Positions 10,501-21,227 of a stretch of DNA of 64,000 nt are shown here, in pieces. The notes beneath the pieces are model-generated. The model saw only the letters and a program-made list of their open reading frames with translations. It searched no databases and was not told the DNA's origin. Source of the stretch: Sulfurimonas crateris (lineage in GTDB: Bacteria > Campylobacterota > Campylobacteria > Campylobacterales > Sulfurimonadaceae); the NCBI GenBank assembly GCA_945870785.1, contig CAMBTK010000002.1, positions 10,042 to 74,041 of the forward strand. Direction: 5' to 3'. Numbering within the stretch: the first letter of the stretch is position 1; every line of letters begins with the position of its first letter. The position numbers and the translations under genes are program-made.

Positions 10501-11046
10501 CTTTGAAGCTTCATTGCACGCATGAAGAGCTGCTTTTATCTGGAGCGGGTCTTGAGCGGTCTCTAGTAAAAAAACATCAACGCCGCCATCAATAAGTGCT
10601 AAACAAAACTCAGTATAGCCCTTGTACATCTCATCATAAGTTATATGCCCAAGAGATGGAAGCTTTGTCCCAGGGCCGATTGAGCCAAGGCAGAAGCGCG
10701 GATGAGTTGGTGTTGAGAACTTTTTACACTCATCTTTTGCAAGTTTTGCTCCTGCACATGTTAGCTCATAAGCACGATGCCCGATTTGGTACTCATCTAA
10801 AACCCAAGAGAATGAGCCAAAGGTGTTAGTTGTAACAAAGTCTGCACCAGATGTAAGATAAGCGTGAAAAATCTCGCTAAGCACCTCGGGAGCGGTAACA
10901 TTTAAGAGTTCATTACACCCCTCGTTGCCCTCCCAAGCCTCTTTTGAGATTTTGTCATCTCGCTGTTGAAGCTGTGTTCCCATAGCTCCATCTATAATGA
11001 GCGGTCTGTTTTTGATAGTTTTTAAGATATACTCTTTAGTTGTCAT
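7555..11046 (-). CDS. metH: Cobalamin-dependent methionine synthase
   Basis: DGAMGT, GGCCGT, IGERSN, DVHDVG B12 motif and C-terminal activation domain. Confidence 0.97.
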   Translation of the reverse strand: MTTKEYILKTIKNRPLIIDGAMGTQLQQRDDKISKEAWEGNEGCNELLNVTAPEVLSEIFHAYLTSGADFVTTNTFGSFSWVLDEYQIGHRAYELTCAGAKLAKDECKKFSTPTHPRFCLGSIGPGTKLPSLGHITYDEMYKGYTEFCLALIDGGVDVFLLETAQDPLQIKAALHACNEASKQRGVEIPIMVSVTIELSGTMLIGTDAQTIATILEPFDILSLGFNCGTGPEQVLKHVKTLSEIWHKPISVHANAGLPQNRGGYTYYPMGPDEFAAKQQSFLEFDGVSFLGGCCGTTPQHIRALVNLVSDIAPKAPSGKHENSLASLFSTVPLMQESSALLIGERSNATGSKAFRELLLAEDYEGTLSVAQQQVRAGAHVLDVSVGFAGRDETKDMNRVMSLYAQKIALPLMPDSTQTVALEEALKLIGGKPIINSVNLEDGIEKFDVICSLAKKFGAALVCLTIDEIGMAKSVERKLEVAERIYDLAVNKHGIRAENLVFDLLTFTLGSGDEEYLDAGINTIEAIRELRRRHPEVGATLGLSNISFGLDKDARPYLNSMFLHHCMEAGLTSVIINVAHIIPINKISKEDQEICDNLIFNRKPNAAALFEFIDHFSTKEAVDNNAVDEAYLAMSDEEKIAKLLMDGDKDRMIPLVEEARHKIAPEKIVNEILIDAMKVVGELFGSGQMQLPFVLQSAETMKKTVDYLNPYLPKIDKSVDTTLALGTVKGDVHDVGKNLVDIILSNNGFKVKNLGIKVDIGEFIQSIKESNATALGMSGLLVKSTQVMKENLQTLQNEGIKIPVLLGGAALTRSFIDDFCRPIYDGPIFYCKDAFDGVTAMSRIEAGNFDTNLHPKDEQEKIIKIKEEVIIPPFDELKMPSRDVEVPTPPFWGRRELKLTPQQIEMAFEWINHKLLFKSRWGYSSKGLSDEAYEKQLNDIVWPAYEKLKKRFIEEKLFEPTIIYGYWPCRSDDNTLLIFDENRGYNSRDEINRQTLNSVRDEAIEKFTFPRQSRQPHRALSDFFHSDRDDVVAFTCVSAGAKLSDAEREIYDRGEYTEYYQFHGLGVELAEALAEIVHKQIRLDLNISDGEGSKLSDVQMNRYQGSRYSFGYAACPDLELNRPLFNLLKPEEFGIELSETFQIHPEQSTSALVVYHPNATYYNV

Positions 11047-11174
11047 GCAAAATCTTTTTGGTAAAATAATAGTTCTTTATTCTAGCAAAACAGAGCATAA
11101 AAGAGACTTTTATAAAAAATATAGATTAATTTATAATTATTATTATGTTAGATAATAAATATTTGTGTAATTTT

Positions 11175-11183
11175 TGCTATAAT
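11175..11183 (+). promoter_or_regulatory. Extended -10 (TGCTATAAT) upstream of ccoG
   Basis: Matches the TGnTATAAT sigma70 consensus ~60 bp before the start. Confidence 0.55.
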
Positions 11184-11243
11184 TTTGGCACGATTTTGTC
11201 ATAAAGTATTTTTTAGAGTAAAAATAACAAATTAGGAGTGTGT

Positions 11244-12677
11244 ATGAGTGAAGAGACAAAAGGTTTTAAAATACCTACGGCTTGGAGAATATATAGATAT
11301 TATTTCTTTATTTTCCTAACAGTTATAGCTTTAGTTTTACCTTGGATTGAGGTAAATGGGAGTCACTTTTTTCTACTTAGTTTTGATAAACTGAAACTTC
11401 ATTTGGGGTTTGTTCAGTTTGATATGCAGGAGTTGTATCTTTTGCCATTTTTATTAATGATGCTCTTTTTAGGTATTTTTGGTATGACGGTTATGGGCGG
11501 AAGAGTGTTTTGCGGATGGATATGTCCACAAACTATTTTTCGTGTTATCTACCGCGATGTGATTGAGACAAAACTCTTAAAACTTAGAAAACGTATCAAA
11601 AACAAACAGCAAGAGCCAGATATGAGCATCGCTGGGAACAAGGTAAAAAGAGCAGTTGCTATTTTGCTTTGGGTTGTTTTATCGTTTGTTGCTAGTGCAA
11701 ATCTTTTATGGTTTTTTGTACCGCCTGAAGACTTCTTTGCGTATATGGCGAACCCATTTGACCATATGATTTTGCTTGGTACTTTAGTCTCATCAGCGCT
11801 TTTTCTTATATATGATATTGTGTTTTTACAAGAGGACTACTGTATCTATGTATGTCCATACTCAAGAATCCAATCTGTTTTATATGATGAAAACACTGTT
11901 ATGGCTCTCTACAATACAAATAGAGGCGGACATATATACAACAGCGACAAAGAGAAAGCATTTACAAAACAAAAAGACCTTCAAGATGTTGAACCTCATG
12001 CAGAGTGTACGGCATGTGAGAGTTGTGTAACTGTCTGCCCGACACATATAGATATACGTAAAGGGTTGCAACTTGAGTGTATCAACTGTTTAGAGTGTGT
12101 TGATGCGTGTACTGTTGTTATGGGCAAACTTGGCAAACCGTCCCTTGTTACTTGGTCGAGTGAATATGAGATAATAGACAAAAAAGGCAAGACAAAGTAT
12201 TTCCGTCCAAAAATTATCGCTTATATCGTGCTTCTTATCGGAATCGCTGTTGCAATGGTTATTATGGGGAGTAAAAAAGAGCATATGCTTTTAAACATCA
12301 ACAAAGAAAACCGCCTCTACTCTGTTCATAAAGAGAGTGATGGACGAGTTGCAGTTGAGAATGCGTATGAATTTTTACTGCAAAATACTCAGAGCAAAAC
12401 TCTAAACTTCTATTTTGAAGTAATCTTGCCTAAAGGGGTAAAGGGAACTTTAGAGATTGAAAAACCAAAAGAGTCTTTTGATGTTACACCTGATGTGAAA
12501 AAGAAAAAAATTGTTGTACTTAGAACATACGATAAATTGGCAGATGATGATAGACACGATACAATCATCCCAATAACTATACGTGCTTATGCAGTTGGAC
12601 ATGAGAAAGAGATAGAGGTTCTTAGAGAGTCAACCTTTACCTATCCACGAGAAGATGTTTTAAGAGAGGCTAAATAA
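11244..12677 (+). CDS. ccoG: Cytochrome c oxidase accessory 4Fe-4S membrane protein
   Basis: GRVFCGWICPQT, CIYVCPY and two CxxCxxCxxxC motifs. ATG follows AGGAG. Confidence 0.93.
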   Translation: MSEETKGFKIPTAWRIYRYYFFIFLTVIALVLPWIEVNGSHFFLLSFDKLKLHLGFVQFDMQELYLLPFLLMMLFLGIFGMTVMGGRVFCGWICPQTIFRVIYRDVIETKLLKLRKRIKNKQQEPDMSIAGNKVKRAVAILLWVVLSFVASANLLWFFVPPEDFFAYMANPFDHMILLGTLVSSALFLIYDIVFLQEDYCIYVCPYSRIQSVLYDENTVMALYNTNRGGHIYNSDKEKAFTKQKDLQDVEPHAECTACESCVTVCPTHIDIRKGLQLECINCLECVDACTVVMGKLGKPSLVTWSSEYEIIDKKGKTKYFRPKIIAYIVLLIGIAVAMVIMGSKKEHMLLNINKENRLYSVHKESDGRVAVENAYEFLLQNTQSKTLNFYFEVILPKGVKGTLEIEKPKESFDVTPDVKKKKIVVLRTYDKLADDDRHDTIIPITIRAYAVGHEKEIEVLRESTFTYPREDVLREAK

Positions 12678-12733
12678 CCTCTGTTTAAAATAGAATTTGA
12701 TAAACTTTAACAGCTTAGCTAAAAGGTTTCTCA

Positions 12734-15700
12734 ATGTTTAGAAAAATTTTACTCTCACTTGTAGCTCTTTACACCGTAGTGGGCTTTTTGGTACTCCCTC
12801 TTATCTTAGAGTCGCAGATACCAAAGAGCGTCGCAAGTGCAACAAATTCCCAAATAAGTATCAAAAACATCTCACTTAATCCATACCTGTTTAAGCTCAA
12901 ACTATTGGGCGTAGAGCTAAAGGATGATGAGAATAATCATCTTGCCTCTTTTGACTCTTTATATATTGATATTAAGCTACTATCACTTCTAAAGGGTGCA
13001 ATTCATATAAAAGAGATAGAGCTTAAAAGTCCTCAAATATCTCTTCTTTACGATAAAGATAAAAGATTTAATTTTGAAAATATTGCAAAAGAGAGTGGTG
13101 ATGATGAGAACAGCACAACCAAGACAAATACAGAACTTCCAAGAGTTATAGTCGATAACTTTACTATCTCAAAAGGCTCCATAAAATACGAAGATTTTAC
13201 AAAGAGCAAAAAATTTGAGTTTATAGTGGATGCTATAAACTTTAAGCTAACAGATATTGATACAAATGATTTTACTTCTAGCAGTGCAAAGTTTAGATTT
13301 AACTCAAATCTGCAAGATGGCGGAGAAGTTGACTTAAGAGCAAATATAGTAGGCTTTAAGCCCTTTATCATAGAGGGAAGCGCTGACATTAAAGATGCTA
13401 AGTTGTACTCACTATGGAAATATATTCAAGATAGTACAAAAGTTGAGATAGCTGATGGAACAGTCTCTTTGGGGGCAACATATAGCTTTAATATGGATGA
13501 TATAAATGCAACAAATATAGACAATGTATATCTTGGAGTTCGTGATTTAAGAGTTAAGCCAAAAGATAAAAATAGTGATATTTTAACTCTAAAGAGCCTA
13601 AATATCAAAGATGCAAATATAGAGCCGATGACGCAAATGGCCACTATAAAAAATATTTCTCTAGAGTTGTTAAATGCTAAAGTGGAGCGCAGTTCAAAAG
13701 GGGAGATTGATTGGAGTGGCTATTTTAAGAGTAGCGAGAGTTCAAACCAAGAGGTAAAAGAGGAGTTAGAAGAAGAGTCTAACGTAACTGAGTGGAGTGT
13801 TGTTGTAGAGAATTTGGGGCTTAAAAAAATAAGCGCCTCTTTTAAAGACAGCACCATAAAACCCTCAGTTATCTCAAAACTAAACTCTCTTGATGCAGAG
13901 ATAAAAAACATTACGTTGCTCGGTAGAGAAGCGTTGAATTATAATGCAAGTTTGACTCTAAATGAGAGCGCAAAATGTACGCTAGAAGGCTCTTTGATAC
14001 ATAAAGAGTTATCATTAAAGAGTTATACAAAATGTACTAACTTTGACATTAAACACTACAGTCCATATATAGATTCTATCGCCAAAGAAGAGCTCAAAAA
14101 GTATAACATTGCCCTGCGTAGCGCCATTGCAGGTTTTGATGCAAATCTCTCATTTAGAGATAAAGAAGCAGAGATAGAGAGTGCAAATTTTGATATAAAG
14201 AGTTTAGGATTAATTAGAAGAGACAATAATGAGCAACTCTTAGAGTTTAAAAATTTCTCTATAAATAGAGCAAAAGTAGATACAAAAACAAAAGAGATTG
14301 AGGTAGAAAATATCTCTTTAGATGGACTAAGTCTCAATCTGAAAAAAGCTAAAAATGGTGTTTTAAACATTGATGGATTGGTAGAGACAAAAGAGGCTAA
14401 AAAAAGTGCACAGAGTACAAAAACTCCAGAAGCACCATATAGAATTCGGCTAGGTTCATTTGATATAAATGGGGCGAAACTCTCATATGACGACAAAAGC
14501 ATAGAAGATAGCTTAAAAACTACTATTGATAAGATAAATGTAAGTGCAAAAAATATAGATTCAAAAGAGAAGAGCTGGTTTGATTATAGGGTTGATTTGA
14601 GAGTAAACTCTAAAGGCTTTATAAGTTCAAAGGGTTCTATCAAACATACTCCTCTTGAGCAAAATGGGGAGTTTGAGATAAAGGGCATATCTTTAAAAGA
14701 GCTGACCCCCTACCTTAGAGAGAGCACATTTTTAAAGATAAGCGATGGCAATCTTAACCTTAAGGCAAAGAGCAGTTACAGAGAAAAATCAGATAGTTTT
14801 AGAGCAACTTTAGATGGAAGCTTGGGGATTAATAATTTCTTTTTACACGATACAAGAGATGATAGCACGATAGCCTCTTTTATAAAAGCAGATCTCAATT
14901 CGTTTAAGTTTGATACGCTCACAAATGAGTTAAAGATGGATGAGGTACTACTTGACTCTTTTTATATAGATGCACAAATAGATAAAAATAAAACTATGAA
15001 TCTTGCAAAACTCCTTCGTGAAAAAGCAGAGGATAAAAAGCCACAAGAGCCATCAAATAGAGCTCCACTTAGCTATAAACTTCTCAATCTAAAAGTGGCA
15101 AACGGGAGTGCCAATTTTGCTGATTATTCACTCCCACTTGATTTTAAAACTTCTATTCACAGTTTAAACGGAAACGTATATGCAATATCAAGCAGTGGTG
15201 GTGAGATTAGTTATGTTGATATTGATGGAGGCGTTGATGAGTATGGTTCTACAAGATTAAAGGGGAGCGTTGAGCCTTCAAACTTCAAATCGTATATGGA
15301 TTTAAACTTTAATTTTAGAAACTTAAGCCTCAACAATTTTAGCGGTTATAGCGCACAATTTGCAGGATATAAGATAGAGGAAGGGAAACTTTTCCTTGAT
15401 TTGGAGTATAAGATATATGACTCACAACTGCTTGGCAAAAATAGTTTAGTTATCAAAAAAATCAAGTTAGGAGATGAGATAGAGGATGAAAATATTACAA
15501 AACTACCGCTTAAATTTGCAGTGGCACTTCTTGAAGATTCAGAGGGCGTGATAGATATCAATATGCCAGTAGAGGGAGATGTATCTAAGCCAGATTTTAA
15601 ATATGGCGCTATGATTTTAAAAACTTTCGTAAACTTGATAGTAAAAGCAGTAGCTTCTCCTTTTAAATTTTTAGCCTCTGCGATGGGGATAAGTGGCGAT

Positions 15701-16240
15701 GAGATGGAGTTTGTAGAGTTTGAAGCTTCACAAAGTACGCTACTTGCTTCAGAGAGAGAGAAACTAGACACCATTGCAAAGATGCTTCAAGAAAAACCTA
15801 AACTCTCTTTGGGTATTGCAGGTGGGTTTGATATAAAAATAGATACAGAGGCTCTTCAGGCAAAAAAATTAACAGAGTTGATACTAAGTCAGAGCAGTAG
15901 CGATAGAGGTGTTAGTATAAGAGGAGTTGAGTTTATATGTTCAAAAGCCGTAGGAAGCCAGAATGTAGGGCTTTTAAAGAGCGAGATAGAGAAAAAATAT
16001 CCACAAGAGTTATTTGCAACAGAGTACCAAAAGGCTCTTTTTCAAAAATGTACACAGATGCAAAGCGTTAGTGCTCAAGAGTTAAAAGAGCTAGGAGAAG
16101 AGAGAGCAAAAATGCTCTCTAACTATCTTGTCCAAATAAAAAATATAGAGCCATCAAGAGTGGTTTTGCAAGAGACAAAAGCAAGAGATGATTCAAAAGA
16201 GAAGTGGATAAAATCATCTCTAAAGATAGAGATAAGATAG
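12734..16240 (+). CDS. DUF748 repeat (AsmA-like) envelope protein
   Basis: N-terminal anchor with NPY motif, repeated beta-rich modules, YSAQFAGY and IDINMPVEG, OmpA-like C-terminus. Confidence 0.8.
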   Translation: MFRKILLSLVALYTVVGFLVLPLILESQIPKSVASATNSQISIKNISLNPYLFKLKLLGVELKDDENNHLASFDSLYIDIKLLSLLKGAIHIKEIELKSPQISLLYDKDKRFNFENIAKESGDDENSTTKTNTELPRVIVDNFTISKGSIKYEDFTKSKKFEFIVDAINFKLTDIDTNDFTSSSAKFRFNSNLQDGGEVDLRANIVGFKPFIIEGSADIKDAKLYSLWKYIQDSTKVEIADGTVSLGATYSFNMDDINATNIDNVYLGVRDLRVKPKDKNSDILTLKSLNIKDANIEPMTQMATIKNISLELLNAKVERSSKGEIDWSGYFKSSESSNQEVKEELEEESNVTEWSVVVENLGLKKISASFKDSTIKPSVISKLNSLDAEIKNITLLGREALNYNASLTLNESAKCTLEGSLIHKELSLKSYTKCTNFDIKHYSPYIDSIAKEELKKYNIALRSAIAGFDANLSFRDKEAEIESANFDIKSLGLIRRDNNEQLLEFKNFSINRAKVDTKTKEIEVENISLDGLSLNLKKAKNGVLNIDGLVETKEAKKSAQSTKTPEAPYRIRLGSFDINGAKLSYDDKSIEDSLKTTIDKINVSAKNIDSKEKSWFDYRVDLRVNSKGFISSKGSIKHTPLEQNGEFEIKGISLKELTPYLRESTFLKISDGNLNLKAKSSYREKSDSFRATLDGSLGINNFFLHDTRDDSTIASFIKADLNSFKFDTLTNELKMDEVLLDSFYIDAQIDKNKTMNLAKLLREKAEDKKPQEPSNRAPLSYKLLNLKVANGSANFADYSLPLDFKTSIHSLNGNVYAISSSGGEISYVDIDGGVDEYGSTRLKGSVEPSNFKSYMDLNFNFRNLSLNNFSGYSAQFAGYKIEEGKLFLDLEYKIYDSQLLGKNSLVIKKIKLGDEIEDENITKLPLKFAVALLEDSEGVIDINMPVEGDVSKPDFKYGAMILKTFVNLIVKAVASPFKFLASAMGISGDEMEFVEFEASQSTLLASEREKLDTIAKMLQEKPKLSLGIAGGFDIKIDTEALQAKKLTELILSQSSSDRGVSIRGVEFICSKAVGSQNVGLLKSEIEKKYPQELFATEYQKALFQKCTQMQSVSAQELKELGEERAKMLSNYLVQIKNIEPSRVVLQETKARDDSKEKWIKSSLKIEIR

Positions 16241-16331
16241 AGGTTAAAATAAATTTTATAGTAAAAAGAGAGATGTTATTTATAAATTTTTTTGTTACAA
16301 TTTCATCTTTTTTTTAAGATAAGGAGCCAAA

Positions 16332-17378
16332 ATGGCATTTTCTCCAGCAAATAGAAAGGGTACGATAAACGGTGTAATCTTTGTAGCGATTTTTGCCGCT
16401 GCTGCTACTATGATTTCAGACATAGCGTTTATAAAATCTCTTGGAATTTCACCTCTTGTTATCGGTATAGTTATCGGTATCTTTTATGCAAATACTCTAC
16501 ATAACAACACTCCAAAAGCGTGGAGTAGCGGTATCACATTTAGTGGTAAAAAGATACTTAGATTTGCTATCGTATTTTATGGTTTTCGTATCACTTTTCA
16601 GCAGATTGCTGAGGTCGGAGTTGAGGGCTTCATGGTCTCTTTAATTATGCTCTCAACAACTTTTGTCCTCGGAACATGGGCAGGACAAAGGCTCTTTAAA
16701 ATGGATAGAGACACTTCAATGTTAAGTGCTGCGGGAGCTTCTGTATGTGGGGCTGCAGCAGTTTTAGCAACAGAGCCTGTACTAAAAGCAGAAGAGCATA
16801 AAACAGCAGTTGCGGTTTCTATGGTTGTTCTTTTTGGAACAATAGCTATGTTTTTATATCCAGCACTCTACAATGTAGGCTTTTTCGATATGGATGCTAA
16901 AGAGTTTGGTATCTATGTTGGAGGAACTATCCATGAGGTAGCTCAAGTTGTTGCAGTTCCTGCTTCAATATTAAATGCAAGTGCAGAGATGGCAAACTCA
17001 GCAGTTATCGTTAAGATGACAAGAGTTATTATGATAGCTCCTATGCTCATCATCTTAGGGATTTACCTCTCCTTTAGTGCGAAAAGAAGTGGAGGCGAGG
17101 CTAGTGCTGTTAAGCTTGTGATTCCATGGTTTGCGGTTTACTTTATAGGTATGGCTGGGTTTAACTCTCTTGGAATCGTGCCTCAAAATATAGTAGATAT
17201 TATCAACGAAATAGATACCTTTTTACTTACAATGGCGATGACCGCACTTGGAATGGGAACTATTTTTGCAAAATTCAAAGGGCTTGGATTGGCTCCTATC
17301 TATACAGCTGGATTGATGTTCGCTTGGCTAATGGTTGGCGGATACTTTATAACAAAATGGGTTGTTGCGGTATTTTAA
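16332..17378 (+). CDS. YeiH family (putative sulfate export) membrane transporter
   Basis: LRFAIVFYGF, SVCGAAAVLA, GTIHEVAQV and VKMTRV motifs. Confidence 0.9.
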   Translation: MAFSPANRKGTINGVIFVAIFAAAATMISDIAFIKSLGISPLVIGIVIGIFYANTLHNNTPKAWSSGITFSGKKILRFAIVFYGFRITFQQIAEVGVEGFMVSLIMLSTTFVLGTWAGQRLFKMDRDTSMLSAAGASVCGAAAVLATEPVLKAEEHKTAVAVSMVVLFGTIAMFLYPALYNVGFFDMDAKEFGIYVGGTIHEVAQVVAVPASILNASAEMANSAVIVKMTRVIMIAPMLIILGIYLSFSAKRSGGEASAVKLVIPWFAVYFIGMAGFNSLGIVPQNIVDIINEIDTFLLTMAMTALGMGTIFAKFKGLGLAPIYTAGLMFAWLMVGGYFITKWVVAVF

Positions 17379-17446
17379 CTATTAGTTCTTTTAGGCAAAA
17401 AAGTATATAATAAAGTAAAATTAAATATCTGCAAAGGAGCCTAAGA

Positions 17447-17914
17447 GTGTCACATCTGCCAAGCAAACTTAACTCTTACTGGCTTTGGAGAGAGGTCTCT
17501 TCAAAGTTGGGGCTCTCAAACCCAACTTACAGATATTGGAAAAATACACCAAATCTAAAACTAAACAACAAATATCTTTTCATCCAAAAAAAGACTCTTC
17601 CACAAAAATATGAGCATGTTGAGCATATCTTGACAGACCTCTCAGGACACCTTCCAATCAAGTACGCTTCTGATCAGTTGCATGTTAGTGAACATCTGTT
17701 CTCTTACGACAAAATGAGCCTACACAAAGAGTTTGAGTACAAATTTGTAGAAGATGTAAAGTTTGTAAATATAAAAAAATTCTTTATGGAGTTTGGTATA
17801 AAAGTCAGTAAAAACTCTATCATACAACTTGCAAAGATAAAAGATTTAGACATAGGTCCTGATTGCACATTTTATAATCTAAAAAATGATTACGGTATAG
17901 TGGTTTACGACTGA
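17447..17914 (+). CDS. Hypothetical protein with two HTH-like repeats
   Basis: GTG start after AAGGAG; stop overlaps the next gene (TGATG). Confidence 0.7.
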   Translation: MSHLPSKLNSYWLWREVSSKLGLSNPTYRYWKNTPNLKLNNKYLFIQKKTLPQKYEHVEHILTDLSGHLPIKYASDQLHVSEHLFSYDKMSLHKEFEYKFVEDVKFVNIKKFFMEFGIKVSKNSIIQLAKIKDLDIGPDCTFYNLKNDYGIVVYD

Positions 17915-18960
17915 TGGATGCTTTTTTTATAGAGTCAAAAGACCCTTTATTTGGGATAATCATCTTTTTTGTTCTTGTTTTTATCATAACTTTTTTCTCT
18001 TACTGGTTTAGTAAGTTTAAGAAAAAAGAGGATTATAAACACTTAGATAGTTTTTTAAAACAGTTTCATGAACTCCCTTCTCAAAATGAGTTAAAAGTTC
18101 TTATCACAAAAGGTGAGCTTTCTGAAAAATCTTGGTTTTTACTAGCCAATGCTTATACAAAAAACGGAAACTATGAAAAGAGTATAGAGATATATGCGGA
18201 GCTTCTAAAAGTAGGCGATAAAGCAAACTACAGAGAGACCCTTTTTCTTCTTGGAAAAACATACTTTAAAGCTGGATTTTTAGAGCGCGCAAGAGTTATA
18301 TTTTTAGAGATACTAAAGACAAATCCACGAACTCCTCAGGCCCTAAACTATCTCCTTTTAGTTTATGAGCAGATGAAAAACTACAAAGAGGCAATCGCTA
18401 TTTTAGAGCCTCTTGAAGAGTTAAAAAAAGACACTTTGATAGAGAGCACGTATCTCAACATTTTACTTATTTTAAATAGTGTAGAGCTTGGTGCGGATGA
18501 AAAAATAGAGTCACTGTTGAAGATTTATAAAAGTTCAAATCTTCTTGCATATCTAATATTTGAGTACCTCTTTAGAGTAAATCCTAAAGTTGCTTGGGAG
18601 AATTTTGATGCTTCAAAGAGTGAGTTGCTCATAGATATATTGTGGAATATAGAGAAAAAAGATTTGGATTTTAATGTTATTATGCAAAATGGTTTTCTCA
18701 AAGAGCTTTATAGTGCCAAAGGGTATATAAAAGAGGCAACTTCAAGCTCTCACTTTGAACTTGATATTTTGATAAATCTTGATTCAAGCGTAAATGCAAC
18801 CCTTGGCTTTGAGTACATCTGCAATAACTGTAAAGTTGTTTTTCCTTTTGCCTTCCATCGTTGTAGCAACTGCCACTCAATTGGCACCTCAAGAGCAGAG
18901 CGCTCTTTGGTTAAAGATTATCATAAGGATTTTAGTGAAGAAAATAACTCTTTTCAGTGA
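17914..18960 (+). CDS. TPR protein with N-terminal TM helix and C-terminal CxxC..CxxC (LapB/YciM-like)
   Basis: LGKTYFKAGFLERA TPR; CNNC...CSNC zinc ribbon; upstream of rnhA. Confidence 0.8.
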   Translation: MDAFFIESKDPLFGIIIFFVLVFIITFFSYWFSKFKKKEDYKHLDSFLKQFHELPSQNELKVLITKGELSEKSWFLLANAYTKNGNYEKSIEIYAELLKVGDKANYRETLFLLGKTYFKAGFLERARVIFLEILKTNPRTPQALNYLLLVYEQMKNYKEAIAILEPLEELKKDTLIESTYLNILLILNSVELGADEKIESLLKIYKSSNLLAYLIFEYLFRVNPKVAWENFDASKSELLIDILWNIEKKDLDFNVIMQNGFLKELYSAKGYIKEATSSSHFELDILINLDSSVNATLGFEYICNNCKVVFPFAFHRCSNCHSIGTSRAERSLVKDYHKDFSEENNSFQ

Positions 18961-19366
18961 TGGAAGCGCACTAGGAAACCCAGGGCCAGGGGGATATGGT
19001 GTGATTTTGCGCTTTGGAGACAAAGAGAGAGAAATCTCTGGAGGAGATATTCATACAACCAATAACAGAATGGAGCTTTTAGGGGTTATTGAGGGTCTTA
19101 GAGCGCTAAAGGAACCATGTGCTGTTGATGTGATTTCAGACTCCTCTTATGTCGTCAAAGGGATAAATGAGTGGCTTGGCAACTGGATAAAAAAAGATTT
19201 TAAAAATATAAAAAACCCAGATTTGTGGAGAGATTATATAGCCGTATCTAAGGGACATAAGATAAATGCTATATGGGTTAGAGGACATGATGGACATGTT
19301 GAAAATGAGAGATGTGATATTTTGGCAAAAAATGAAGCTCAAAAAATTAAAGAGGCAATAAAATGA
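18935..19366 (+). CDS. rnhA: Ribonuclease HI
   Basis: [19 protein letters not shown] and WVRGH motifs. Start reassigned to GTG 18935 after AAGGA. Confidence 0.96.
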   Translation: MKKITLFSDGSALGNPGPGGYGVILRFGDKEREISGGDIHTTNNRMELLGVIEGLRALKEPCAVDVISDSSYVVKGINEWLGNWIKKDFKNIKNPDLWRDYIAVSKGHKINAIWVRGHDGHVENERCDILAKNEAQKIKEAIK

Positions 19367-20046
19367 GTAAAAAAATAGAGTTTTTAGAAGAAATTTTGGG
19401 ATATAAGTTTAAAAACCAGAAGCTCATTATCGAAGCGCTGACACATAAAAGTCATAAACAGCCCTACGATAATGAGCGACTTGAATTTTTAGGTGATGCA
19501 GTTCTTGACCTTATTGTAGGAGAGTATCTTTTTTTCAAGTTTGCATCTTCTGATGAGGGTGCTCTCTCAAAGATAAGAGCCGCTCTTGTAAACGAGGATG
19601 GCTTTGAGAGACTTGCTAGATCTATCAACTTGGGCGAGTATATCTACCTATCAAATGCAGAAGAAAATAACGGCGGAAGAGAGAAAGCATCACTTTTATC
19701 AAACGCTTTTGAAGCTATCATTGGTGCAATTTATCTTGAAGCAGGGCTCGATACTGTAAAACCAATAGCCATAGGAATAATCGAGAAAAATTACAAAGAG
19801 ATTTCATTAGACTCTCTCTTTAGAGATTATAAAACAACTCTTCAGGAGTTAACACAAGCTAGATTTGGAGAAACTCCACAGTACGAGGTAATTGCCAGTC
19901 GTGGACCTGACCATAAAAAAGAGTTTGAAGTTGCGGTAATTATTGAGGGCAAAGAGTACGCAAGAGCTATTGGAAAGAGCAAAAAAATAGCGCAACAAGA
20001 AGCAGCTGAGATGGCTGTTAAGATACTAAAGGGAGAGGCAAAGTGA
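19363..20046 (+). CDS. rnc: Ribonuclease III
   Basis: [12 protein letters not shown] signature plus dsRBD. Confidence 0.98.
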   Translation: MSKKIEFLEEILGYKFKNQKLIIEALTHKSHKQPYDNERLEFLGDAVLDLIVGEYLFFKFASSDEGALSKIRAALVNEDGFERLARSINLGEYIYLSNAEENNGGREKASLLSNAFEAIIGAIYLEAGLDTVKPIAIGIIEKNYKEISLDSLFRDYKTTLQELTQARFGETPQYEVIASRGPDHKKEFEVAVIIEGKEYARAIGKSKKIAQQEAAEMAVKILKGEAK

Positions 20047-21119
20047 ATAGTTTTGGATTAAAATTTAAGATAAGTACTTTTGGAGAGTCTCATGGAGTAG
20101 CAATTGGCTGTCTTCTTGATGGTGTTCCTGCTGGTTTAGATATAGATGAAGAGTTTATTCAAAGTGAGCTAGACAGACGAAAACCTGGAAAAAGTGAGTT
20201 TGAAACCGCAAGAAAAGAGGATGACAAAGTTGAGATACTAAGCGGTGTTTTTGAAGGCAAAAGTACGGGAACACCAATCGCTATGATAATTTACAACACA
20301 AACCAAAAATCCAAAGACTACTCAAATATAAAAGATATATTTCGCCCTGGTCACGCTGATTTTACATATTTTCACAAATATGGTCTGCGAGATTATAGAG
20401 GCGGAGGGCGAAGTTCTGCTAGAGAGACCGCTGCACGAGTTGCTGGTGGGGCTGTTGCAAAACTGATGCTCAAAGAGTTAGGCATTGAAGTGCAAAGCGG
20501 GATTTGTGAAGTTGATGGGATAAAGTCTCTCGAGTTTGACTATGAATCAGCAAAAAGAAGCATAATCTATGCACTTGACTCTACCAAAGAAGAGGCACAA
20601 AAAGAGACGATTTTAAGAGCTAAAAATGAGCATGATTCAGTAGGGGGAGTTTCAAGAGTTCTGATAAAAGGTGTTCCAGTTGGACTTGGGCAACCGCTGT
20701 ACTATAAAATGGATGCTATCTTAGCAGATGCTATGATGGGCATAAATGCGGTAAAAGCTGTTGAGATTGGGGATGGCATACTAAGCGCTTCACTCAAAGG
20801 TTCTATAAACAATGATGCAATCAGAGCAGATGGTTTTGTTACAAATCATTCAGGCGGAATACTTGGCGGAATTAGCAATGGCGAAGATATTGTGATGAAT
20901 GTATATTTTAAACCAACCCCATCAATATTTAAAGAGCAACAAACTCTTACTTCTCAAAATGAAGAGGTAAACTTTTCACTAAAAGGCCGTCATGACCCAT
21001 GTGTGGCAATTCGTGGCACGATTGTATGCGAAGCAATGGCCGCTTTAGTCATCGCAGATATGCTTCTTTTAAATATGGGTTCTGAGATGAAAGGGCTTTT
21101 AACTTATTATAAAAAGTAA
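20043..21119 (+). CDS. aroC: Chorismate synthase
   Basis: GESHG, RPGHAD, RSSARET and GRHDPC motifs. Confidence 0.98.
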   Translation: MNSFGLKFKISTFGESHGVAIGCLLDGVPAGLDIDEEFIQSELDRRKPGKSEFETARKEDDKVEILSGVFEGKSTGTPIAMIIYNTNQKSKDYSNIKDIFRPGHADFTYFHKYGLRDYRGGGRSSARETAARVAGGAVAKLMLKELGIEVQSGICEVDGIKSLEFDYESAKRSIIYALDSTKEEAQKETILRAKNEHDSVGGVSRVLIKGVPVGLGQPLYYKMDAILADAMMGINAVKAVEIGDGILSASLKGSINNDAIRADGFVTNHSGGILGGISNGEDIVMNVYFKPTPSIFKEQQTLTSQNEEVNFSLKGRHDPCVAIRGTIVCEAMAALVIADMLLLNMGSEMKGLLTYYKK

Positions 21120-21227
21120 TAAATATATTTAAGATAAATTTAAAAAAAAGCTCAGATTATCTCTTGTATAAGTTTTAATTAATTTTTATAGAGCTAGAAT
21201 GGTCCTTTTAAAATAAAAGGAGCAAAG

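Noticed and set aside
11185-11203. Sigma54 promoter TTGGCACGATTTTGTC upstream of ccoG
   Set aside because: The -24 half matches but the -12 position reads TC, not GC. A good sigma70 extended -10 lies just upstream.
11047-11237. Cobalamin or SAM riboswitch upstream of metH
   Set aside because: Region is very AT-rich with no B12-box or stable stems, and a -10-like TAGAAT is close to the start.
18794-18934. N-terminal extension of RNase HI in the ORF track
   Set aside because: Overlaps the TPR gene; GTG 18935 with an RBS gives a normal-length enzyme.
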